From Tubulanus polymorphus (Eukaryota > Animalia > Nemertea), in assembly GCF_964204645.1 (NCBI RefSeq), contig NC_134032.1, forward strand, positions 5,196,275-5,260,274: a stretch of DNA of 64,000 nt, given 5' to 3'. Of this stretch, positions 55,971 to 64,000 are shown in pieces. The number at the start of each line of letters is the position of its first letter. The stretch's first letter is position 1. Under the pieces are notes generated by a model. That model was not told the origin of the DNA and ran no database searches. It saw nothing but the letters and a program-made list of their open reading frames with translations. The translations under genes and the position numbers were made by a program.

Positions 55971-58900
55971 AATGACGATGTCGATGCGTAAAAGCGCTCA
56001 AATAGTCAGGAAAAGCACATTTCGACCCGAAAACGTCGTTCAGTGCGAGAAAAGACGTTTTCTTATCAAATTTCCCCCCTATCGAAAAATGACGATGTCG
56101 ATGCGTAAAAGAGCTCAAATCGTCAGGAAAAGCACATTTCGACCCGAAAACGTCGTTCAGAGCGAGAAAAGACGTTTTCTTATCAAATTGTCCCCATATC
56201 GGAAAAATGACGATGGCGATGCGTAAAAGCGCTCAAATCGTCAGGAAAAGCACATTTCGACCCGAAAACGTCGTTCAGAGCGAGAAAAGACGTTTTCTTA
56301 TCAAATTGTCCCCCTATCGGAAAAATGACGATGGCGATGCGTAAAAGCGCTCAAATCGTCAGGAAAAGCACATTTCGACCCGAAAACGTCGTACAGAGCG
56401 AGAAAAGACGTTTTCTTATCAAATTGTCCCCCTATTGGAAAAATGACGATGGCGATGCGTAAAAGCGCTCAAATCGTCAGGAAAAGCACATTTCGACCCG
56501 AAAACGTCGTTCAGAGCGAGAAAAGACGTTTTCTTATCAAATTGTCCCCCTATCGGAAAAATGACGATGGCGAAGCGTAAAAGCGCTCAAATCGTCAGGA
56601 AAAGCACATTTCGACCCGAAAACGTCGTTCAAAGCGAGAAAAGACGTTTTCTTATCAAATTGTCCCCCTATCAGAAAAATGACGATGGCGATGCGTAAAA
56701 GCGCTCAAATCGTCAGGAAAAGCACTTATCGACCCGAAAACGTCATTCCGCGCGAGAAAAGACGTTTTCTTATCAAATTTCCCCCCTATCGAAAAAATGA
56801 CGATGTCGATGCGTAAGAGCGCTCAAAAGTCAGGAAAAGCACATTTCGACCCGAAACGTCGTTCAGCGCGAGAAAAGACGTTTTCTTATCAAATTTTCCC
56901 CTATCAGAAAAATGACGATGTCGATGCGTAAAAGCGCTCAAATAGTCAGGAAAAGCACATTTCGACCCGAAAACGTCGTTCAGAGCGAGAAAAGACGTTT
57001 TCTTATCAAATTTTCCCCCTATCGGAAAAAATGACGATGTCGATGCGTAAAAGCACTCAAATAGTCAGGAAAAAGCACATTTCGACCAGAAAACGTCGTT
57101 CAGAGCGAGAAAAGACGTTTTCTTATCAAATTGTCCCCCTATCGGAAAAATGACGATGGCGATGCGTAAAAGCGCTCAAATCGTCAGGAAAAGCACATTT
57201 CGACCCGAAAACGTCGTTCAGAGCGAGAAAAGACGTTTTCTTATCAAATTGTCCCCCTATCGGAAAATGACGATGGCGATGCGTAAAAGCGCTCAAATCG
57301 TCAGGAAAAGCACTTATCGACCCGAAAACGTCATTCCGCGCGAGAAAAGACGTTTTCTTATCAAATTTCCCCCCTATCGGAAAAATGACGATGGCGATGC
57401 GTAAAAGCGCATAAATCGTCAGGAAAAGCACATTTCGACCAGAAAACGTCGTTCAGAGCGAGAAAAGACGTTTTCTTATCAAATTGTCCTCCTATCGGAA
57501 GAATGACGATGGCGATGCGTAAAAGCGCTCAAATCGTCAGGAAAAGCACTTTTCGACCCGAAAACGTCGTTCCGCGCGAGAAAAGACGTTTTCTTATCAA
57601 ATTTCCCCCCTATCGAAAAAATGACGATGTCGATGCGTAAAAGCGCTCAAATCGTCAGGAAAAGCACATTTCGACCCGAAAACGTCGTTCAGAGCGAGAA
57701 AAGACGTTTTCTTATCAAATTCCCCCCCCCCCCCTATCGGAAAAATGACGATGTCGATGCGTAAGAGCGCTCAAATAGTCAGGAAAAGCACATTTCGACC
57801 CGAAAACGTCGTTCAGAGCGAGAAAAGACGTTTTCTTAACAAATTGTCCCCCTATCGGAAAAATGACGTTGTCGATGCGTAAAAGTCCTCAAATCGTCAG
57901 GAAAAGCACATTTCGACCAGAAAACGTCGTTCAGAGCGAGAAAAGACTTTTTCTTATCAAATTTCCCCCTATCGAAAAAATGACGATGTCGATGCGTAAA
58001 AGCGCTCAATCGTCAGGAAAAGCAGATTTCGACCCGAAAACGTCGTTCCGCGCGGGAAAAGATGTTTTCTTATAAAAATTTCCCCCCTATCGGAAAAATG
58101 ACGATTTCAATGCGTAAGAGCGCTCAAAAGTCAGGAAAAGCACATTTCGACCCGAAAACGTCGTTCAGCGCGAGAAAAGACGTTTTCTTATCAAATTTCC
58201 CCCCTATCGGAAAAATGAAGATGTCGATGCGTAAAAGCGCTCAAATAGTCAGGAAAAGAACATTTCGACCCGAAAACGTCGTTCAGAGCGAGAAAAGACG
58301 TTTTCTTATCAAATTTTCCCCCTATCGGAAAAATGACGATGTCGATGCGTAAAAGCGCTGAAATAGTCAGGAAAAGCACATTTCGACCCGAAAACGTCGT
58401 TCAGTGCGAGAAAAGACGTTTTCTTATCAAATTGTCCCCCTATCGGAAAATGACGATGTCGATGCGTAAAAGCGCTCAAATCGTCAGGAAAAGCACATTT
58501 CGACCAGAAAACGTCGTTCAGAGCGAGAAAAGACGTTTTCTTATCAAATTTCCCCCTATCGAAAAATGACGATGTCCATGCGTAAAAGCGCTCAAATCGT
58601 CAGGAAAAGCACATTTCGACCCGAATACGTCGTTCCGCGCGAGAAAAGACGTTTTCTTATCAAATTCCCCCCCCCCCCCTATCGGAAAAATGACGATGTC
58701 GATGCGTAAGAGCGCTCAAATAGTCAGGAAAAGCACATTTCGACCCGAAAACGTCGTTCAGAGCGAGAAAAGACGTTTCTTATCAAATTGTCCCCCTATC
58801 GGAAAAATGACGTTGTCGATGCGTAAAAGCCCTCAAATCGTCAGGAAAAGCCCATTTCGACCAGAAAACGTCGTTCAGAGCGAGAAAAGACTTTTTCTTA

Positions 58901-60515
58901 TCAAATTTCCCCCCTATCGAAAAAATGACGATGTCGATGCGTAAAAGCGCTCAAATCGTCAGGAAAAGCAGATTTCGACCCGAAAACGTCGTTCCGCGCG
59001 GGAAAAGACGTTTTCTTATAAAATTTCCCCCCTATCGGAAAAATGACGATTTCGATGCGTAAGAGCGCTCAAAAGTCAGGAAAAGCACATTTCGACCCGA
59101 AAACGTCGTTCAGCGCGAGAAAAGACGTTTTCTTATCAAATTTCCCCCCTATCGGAAAAATGACGATGTCGATGCGTAAAAGAGCTCAAATAGTCAGGAA
59201 AAGCACATTTCGACCCGAAAACGTCGTTTAGCGCGAGAAAAGACGTTTTCTTATCAAATTGTCCCCCTATCGGAAAAACGACGATGTCGAGGCGTAAAAG
59301 CGCTCAAATCGTCTGGAAAAGTACATTTCGACCCGAAATCGTCGATCAGAGCGAGAAGAGACGGTTTCTTATCAAATTGTCCCCCTATCGGAAAAACGAC
59401 GATGTCGACGCGTGAAAGCGCTCAAATCGTCAGGAAAAGCACATTTCGACCAGAAAACGTCGTTCAGAGCGAGAAAAGACGTTTTCTTATCAAATTCCCC
59501 CCCCCCCCCTATCGGAAAAATGACGATGTCGATGCGTAAGAGCGCTCAAATAGTCAGGAAAAGCACATTTCGACCCGAAAACGTCGTTCAGAGCGAGAAA
59601 AGACGTTTTCTTATCAAATTGTCCCCCTATCGGAAAAATGACGTTGTCGATGCGTAAAAGCCATAAAATCGTCAGGAAAAGCACATTTCGACCAGAAAAC
59701 GTCGTTCAGAGCGAGAAAAGACTTTTTCTTATCAAATTTCCCCCCTATCGAAAAAATGACGATGTCGATGCGAAAAAGCGCTCAAATCGTCAGGAAAAGC
59801 ACATTTCGACCCGAAAACGTCGTTCCGCGCGGGAAAAGACGTTTTCTTATAAAATTTCCCCCCTATCGGAAAAATGACGATTTCGATGCGTAAGAGCGCT
59901 CAAAAGTCAGGAAAAGCACATTTCGACCCGAAAACGTCGTTCAGCGCGAGAAAAGACGTTTTCTTATCAAATTTCCCCCCTATCGGAAAAATGACGATGT
60001 CGATGCGTAAAAGCGCTCAAATCGCAGGAATAACAAATTTCGACCAGAAAACGTCGTTCAGAGCGAGAAAAGACGTTTTCTTATCAAATTTCCCCCTATC
60101 GAAAAAATGACGATGTCGATGCGTAAAAGCCCTCAAATCGTCAGGAAAAGCACATTTCGACCCGAAAACGTCGTTCAGAGCGAGAAAAGACGTTTTCTTA
60201 TCAAATTGTCCCCCTATCGGAAAAATGACGATGTCGATGCGTAAAACCGCTCAAATCATCAGGAATAACAAATTTCGACCAGAAAACGTCGTTCAGAGCG
60301 AGAAAAGACGTTTTCTTATCAAATTGTCCCCCTATCGGAAAAATGACGATGTCGATGCGTAAAACCGCTCAAATCATCAGGAATAACACATTTCGACCCG
60401 AAAACGTCGTTCAGCGCGGGAAAAGACGTTTTCTCGTAAAATTTTCAGAGCGAGAAATCAATACTTTTTCATTCCTCAATACTTTTGATAAGTCATTTCG
60501 GATTCTACATCAGTT

Positions 60516-60717
60516 GCTTTTCCTCAGTGCGCATGCGTCAATCACAATTGTATATTTATTCTGTAAAATTGAAACGACTGAACGTAGAACATTCACCAAG
60601 CTGCAATATCAAAAGCGGTCACTGATGACCGCTTTTACTCAGTGCGCCTGCGTGAATCACAATTGCATATCTATTTTGTAAAATTGAAACGACCGAACAT
60701 AGAACATTCACCAAGCT
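60516..60717. repeat. Imperfect 87-bp direct repeat (60516-60602 and 60631-60717; period 115 bp), unrelated to the satellite
   Basis: GCTTTT(C/A)CTCAGTGCGC(A/C)TGCGT...GAACATTCACCAAGCT is present twice, with 8 mismatches in 87 nt by manual alignment. Confidence 0.92.
60611..60636. other. Perfect 11-bp stem / 4-nt loop hairpin
   Basis: AAAAGCGGTCA-ctga-TGACCGCTTTT; the arms are exact reverse complements. Confidence 0.9.
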
Positions 60718-60774
60718 CTAACTAAAGATTTACACAAGCTTGAATACATATACAAGGGTGTTCAGTCGTTTCGA

Positions 60775-61053
60775 TCAATACATCATTTGATTTCTATATA
60801 TAGAATTTATAATTACAAACATTTTTTCAATCTCCGGTAAATATTTAATTACATCAACAAATGTCAAACTTAATATTAATTGGAATTTTTGGAGTAGTCT
60901 AAATGTTTTTTGGAATTCTTGTATAGTTTCCTCGTCGATCTCTTGTGTTTCTTTTGCTTCTACACCCATTTCTATTGGTTCGACATCCATTGCTGTCGTT
61001 TCCTCAGAAAGAGTATCTTGAGTTTCTCTATCGCTTCTTGATGCGTATGACAT
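60775..61053 (-). CDS. Hypothetical 92-aa protein with acidic N-terminal half; function unknown (possible mobile-element accessory gene)
   Basis: Intact ORF in AT-rich DNA with start context AATAAAATG. An upstream minus-strand GTAAGT donor (61179-61174) and CTAATATCTTTTAG acceptor (ends 61063) define a possible 117-nt 5'-UTR intron. A minus-strand AATAAA lies at 60560-60555. No family recognised. Confidence 0.5.
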   Translation of the reverse strand: MSYASRSDRETQDTLSEETTAMDVEPIEMGVEAKETQEIDEETIQEFQKTFRLLQKFQLILSLTFVDVIKYLPEIEKMFVIINSIYRNQMMY

Positions 61054-61300
61054 TTTATTAATCTAAAAGATATTAGTGGTAACTCTGGCTATCTAAAGGA
61101 TATACTAAATATAAATTGATAAATACACATTTAAAGATTTCATAATTAGTAGCCCCAATAACAACAAAAATGTACTTACATTTAACTCGCGAACTGTTAA
61201 TTCCGAATTATATCACGAAATGGGATAGATATTATAACTGTATATGTATGTTTGAGCAGTCTCTGGTTCAGTGTTGTTAATACGTCCTGTGTATGTACTA

Positions 61301-61309
61301 GCGCATGCG
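61301..61309. promoter_or_regulatory. NRF1/Ewg-like motif GCGCATGCG upstream of the minus-strand ORF
   Basis: Matches the core of the NRF1 palindrome (TGCGCATGCGCA). Related copies occur at 60528-60537 (TGCGCATGCG) and ~60643-60652 (TGCGCCTGCG). Function not demonstrated. Confidence 0.3.
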
Positions 61310-61590
61310 AAACTGCCAGTTATAACGAAGTAAGTGGGCGACAGGTGTTTTAGATATCAACGGGTAGTATGATACAATCCTTATCTCACTACTTTGTCTA
61401 TCTACGCGGTTTTAGTTTATGTCATGCTTTTTGAGATTTATCTATATTAATTTTACATGTTGGACGGTAGTACTTCTTATTTGCTTCCATTTTAATATCA
61501 AATTCTTTATTGAAATTGATTTCAGAAGTTATTCATATATAAAATATTTATTTATATATGTTATTCATTTATATGAACATTATTAGAGCA

Positions 61591-61721
61591 ATTGTATATA
61601 TCTTGTTTCAAGTCAAAGGTTGAGGGGTCGGGTGAGTAGAAAATAAAATCGAGCGTGCGAGAATTTATTTTTCTACTCACTCGACCTCTCGACCTTTGGC
61701 TTGAAACAAGATATACACAAT
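61591..61721. repeat. Long fold-back inverted repeat (60/61-bp arms, 10-nt loop); MITE-like element or hairpin-RNA locus
   Basis: 61591-61650 aligns to the reverse complement of 61661-61721, with 5 transitions in the outer 53 bp plus one indel and one mismatch near the loop GAGCGTGCGA. It can be read as TG...CA (61593-61719) flanked by AT on both sides. Confidence 0.9.
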
Positions 61722-61727
61722 AACTAA

Positions 61728-62323
61728 CCTGGTATAACTGATGAACAACCACCTGATTTTACTGATGCAAGGTTTAGTAATGATAATGAAACAGCATATA
61801 ATTCTAATTTAGCAGGTACTGGTTCTACTAATACTCCTACTACTAATAATCCAGAGGGAGTTGATAGAATAGATAAATCGAGAATCGATCCTAAAAATGA
61901 TAATCTAGATTTTGTAAAACAAGATTTAGAGTACAATGTATTTATTCGTCATTTTAAACCTATATTAGAAAAATCTGGTTGTAATATAAATGATATAGGT
62001 GCGCAATTTTTAGTCCCAAAATTGAAATTTTGAGTGAATATTGAATAGTGAATATTGTTATCATTTGAAAGATGATTATTATATTAATATCTCTTATAAA
62101 AATAAAAATAAAATATAAGCAGAATCAAATTTAATTTAATTTTAATTTAGAACCATCTAGAATTAAAAGAATTTTAGATGATGATGTTATAAGCGATGTT
62201 ACAAAACAAGAAGTAGATCAACATTAAAGAGTATTTAAACAAAGAATTAAAGTATTACTTCAAATAATTAATGAAAATTTAGAAACAGAAACAACTTCAA
62301 AACAGAATACAACTTCTTCATAA
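61728..62323 (+). pseudogene. Decayed hypothetical viral ORF (N/T/D-rich region followed by an acidic helical segment)
   Basis: A Met-less open frame of ~100 codons runs 61728-62033 (PGITDEQPPDFTDARFSNDNETAYNSNLAG...LEYNVFIRHFKPILEKSG...PKLKF*) with strong A/T third-position bias. A later segment reads DDDVISDVTKQEVDQH*RVFKQRIKVLLQIINENLETETTSKQNTTSS*. Confidence 0.5.
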
Positions 62324-62489
62324 TAAACCTGAATCAAATAAATTTCCTGTTGAAAAACTTTTTCCAAGTGGATTACTTGATGCACCCGGTCAAGAAATAT
62401 ATTCTTCTAAACATATAATATTATTTGTAATTACAATTGTAAGTGCAATTATTTTTGGATTAGTAAATATGATGAAAATAGATAAGTAA
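62283..62489 (+). pseudogene. C-terminal remnant of a protein ending in a transmembrane helix, immediately upstream of the capsid gene
   Basis: Open frame ...KPESNKFPVEKLFPSGLLDAPGQEIYSSKHIILFVITIVSAIIFGLVNMMKIDK*, with stop at 62487-62489, 15 nt before the next ATG. IILFVITIVSAIIFGLV is a clear hydrophobic segment. Confidence 0.55.
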
Positions 62490-62504
62490 TTTTTTTCTAA
62501 ATAA

Positions 62505-63594
62505 ATGAGTGGAAGTTATATAAATCTTTCTAAGAATTCTAGATTATCTAATGCAGTTAAAGCAGAAAGATCTCATCACATTATTACTCATAATCATTCT
62601 TTTATTAATCCAAATGAAATTTATATGTTAGAATTCTGTCATTAACACAAAATACTTTTTATGTACCTAATTCAATATATTTATTAGGTAATATAGAAGT
62701 AACTGGTCATGATAATAATTATGTTAGATGGTATATATCAAATAAAAAGTTAACCATAATGTTGGATCAGAAACTGTTTTAACATTAGATAATTATAATT
62801 TATTTGCACATTAAAAAGATTTGTGGTTAACTAAAGAGAATAGAAAAAAAATATATTTCAAGGTATTCAAACAGAAAATCAAGATAAACTAAGATCAAAA
62901 GCTAATAATGCAATAATGCACTAATAATGGGACTAATTCTGCAGATAATTTAATCAAAAATATTACTGGAAGTAAATATTAAATTCCATTAGATTTTGAA
63001 TTGATAAATGATAATTTTCCTTTATATAAATATGCAATTCACGGTGATATTATATTTGAAAAAACTTTTGCTCTTGTTAATGAAATAGTAATATCTTGAA
63101 ATAGTAATTAAAGATATGAGTCATAAATTATCAAATATATGTTTAGAATATGACACAGTAACTGATGAAAATATTGCGAGTACAATTCAAACTCAGTATA
63201 ATCAAGGATTATCATTATTATATGATTATATAGATAAATTTGAAACTGTACAGTGCAAGTAATGTAATAATTAATAAAAATAGTAACTTTCCTAGAAGAT
63301 AAATTGAAGGAGTATTAATATTTTTTACCACAATATATTCTAATGGCTCAATAAATGTTGATAAATATTATAATCCTGAAATATCAAAAGTAGAAATAAC
63401 AATTGAAGGTATAGCATATAAAATATTTAGCCAAGGAATGAGAATGATACATCAATGGGTAGAAATTGTAAAACATTTCATGAATGAAAAAATAAAATCA
63501 TCTGAAGATTGTAATATCAATCAAATTGATTATTATTCTGGCAACTGAAGATAACTAATTACATGGCTCTGGGATAAAATTACAAAATACAAAA
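62505..63594 (+). pseudogene. Major capsid protein-like (putative double jelly-roll) pseudogene of invertebrate Polinton-like viruses
   Basis: Manual stitching across several frameshifts and stops gives MSGSYINLSKNSRLSNAVKAERSHHIITHNHSFINPNE / LYVRILSLTQNTFYVPNSIYL...KKLTI / VGSETVLTLDNYNLFAH*KDLWLTKENR / IFQGIQTENQDKLRS / GSKY*IPLDFELI..FPLY..DIIFEKTF / LSNICLEYDTVTD..QYNQGLSLLYD / NFPRR*IEGVLIFF..KYYNPEISKVEITIEG..IFSQGMR..QW.EI.KHF / TEDN*LHGSGIKLQNTK. These blocks (THNPS, DLW..QGI, IPLDFE, I.LEY, YNP.I.KV...EG...QGM, LHG.G) are colinear with a capsid-like family I recall from cnidarian/mollusc endogenous elements. The C-terminus is truncated. Confidence 0.75.
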
Positions 63595-63735
63595 TATCAT
63601 GGCAAAGATTTAATTGCGATAAAAGAAAATTAAGTATAATGGTTTAAAATTATGGTTACAAGAACAACCCACATATCAGTTACATAAAAAGATTTTAAAA
63701 AAACTTTACAACTTGAAATGTTGATGGACATATAA
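63595..63735 (+). pseudogene. N-terminal fragment of a Polinton/Maverick-type retroviral-like (rve) integrase
   Basis: 63632-63706 translates KYNGLKLWLQEQPTYQLHKKILKKL, matching the Maverick integrase pattern vk.WL..Q..Y.LHk..rk.F. A shifted frame (63706-63735) gives LQLEMLMDI*, resembling the Q.DL.Dm motif around the first catalytic Asp after an internal deletion. Confidence 0.65.
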
Positions 63736-64000
63736 AGACCAAAAATTGCTAGCAGATTTGGTGAATAAAACGTGGTGACGATATCTACAATGTCGAGAAT
63801 TACCCGCTTACAATAAAAATCCTGGCTATTAGAAAATCCATATTCAAAATGACCGTACGACCAACGCTATTGAAACTATATAAAATGTCTATAAACCTAT
63901 ACAAATCAAATAGAAACCCGTTACTAAAAAAGAATGTTAAAATGCGGGTGGAGGCCAGTTTCGCCTCGTCAGTCCAGCACGTTAAGCGTTACCGGGTCTG

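Larger units (their letters stand above)
1..60457. repeat. Tandem satellite DNA array, 118-bp monomer, ~512 copies, single orientation (candidate centromeric/pericentromeric satellite); continues beyond the left edge of the window
   Basis: Consensus AAGACGTTTTCTTATCAAATTGTCCCCCTATCGGAAAAATGACGATGTCGATGCGTAAAAGCGCTCAAATCGTCAGGAAAAGCACATTTCGACCCGAAAACGTCGTTCAGAGCGAGAA (counted as 118 nt) recurs head-to-tail with a few substitutions or homopolymer indels per copy. I saw no spacers, inversions or foreign insertions. The last recognisable piece, TCAGAGCGAGAAA, ends at ~60457. A centromeric role is inference only. Confidence 0.99.
61728..63735 (+). mobile_element. Degraded endogenous Polinton/Maverick-like (adintovirus/MELD-like) dsDNA virus remnant
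   Basis: Co-oriented, intron-less, tightly packed AT-rich gene remnants: unknown ORF, then an ORF ending in a TM helix, a major-capsid-like pseudogene and an integrase N-terminal fragment. No pPolB, ATPase, protease or terminal inverted repeats are visible. Boundaries uncertain. Confidence 0.72.

Noticed and set aside
157-60110. About 130 predicted ORFs (MTMSMRKSAQIVRKSTFRPENVV..., and antisense MLFLTI...)
   Set aside because: They are translations of the 118-bp monomer. Because 118 is not divisible by 3 the frames rotate and stop every 2-3 monomers, and ORF length depends on random homopolymer indels. There is no domain or gene structure.
1-60457. CRISPR array or other repeat-spacer system
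   Set aside because: There are no unique spacers; the whole 118 bp is repeated, and no cas-like genes are present.
1-60457. Tandem 5S rRNA, tRNA or snRNA gene cluster (monomer length is close to 5S)
   Set aside because: No recognisable 5S sequence, internal A/C boxes, tRNA cloverleaf or intergenic spacer; only the length is similar.
60611-60636. Bacterial rho-independent terminator
   Set aside because: The shape fits (stem plus T-run), but the context is eukaryotic satellite-flanking DNA with no bacterial gene; kept only as a hairpin.
60343-60681. 112-aa plus-strand ORF crossing the array boundary
   Set aside because: It starts in satellite-derived codons and reads through the direct-repeat region; a chance chimera with no coding signature.
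61561-61936. Minus-strand ORFs 61561-61752 and 61724-61936
   Set aside because: The first runs through the palindrome. The second is the antisense shadow of the plus-strand open frame 61728-62033, which shows the stronger codon bias.
63736-64000. Continuation of the integrase, or a terminal inverted repeat of the element
   Set aside because: I could not recover integrase motifs in the frames I checked, nor a match to any upstream terminus. The GC-richer last ~60 bp (small GAGGC/GCCTC stem) is cut by the window edge and cannot be interpreted.
1-64000. Assignment to a named species or named satellite family
   Set aside because: I do not recognise the monomer with confidence. The AT-rich flank and capsid type only suggest an invertebrate animal; a BLASTn search of the monomer would be needed.

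Overview
Eukaryotic (probably invertebrate animal) genomic DNA, not a prokaryotic gene region. Bases 1 to ~60457 are one uninterrupted head-to-tail satellite array of about 512 copies of a 118-bp monomer (~44% GC, 12 CpG per monomer). The array is organised into nested higher-order duplications (5-, 11-, 12-, 13-, 16-, 19-, 30- and 40-mers, plus a block repeated 103 monomers away). All ORFs predicted inside it are artefacts of the repeat. The array ends abruptly and is followed by 3.5 kb of AT-rich unique DNA. That tail contains an 87-bp direct repeat with a perfect hairpin, an intact 92-aa minus-strand ORF with a plausible 5'-UTR intron, and a ~130-bp fold-back palindrome. It also contains a decayed plus-strand cassette that the ORF track misses: an upstream ORF remnant ending in a transmembrane helix, a frameshifted major-capsid-like gene, and an N-terminal fragment of a Polinton/Maverick-type integrase. 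I read the cassette as a fossil endogenous Polinton-like (adintovirus/MELD-like) dsDNA virus at a satellite edge. The viral calls come from manual translation and recalled family motifs, not from database searches.
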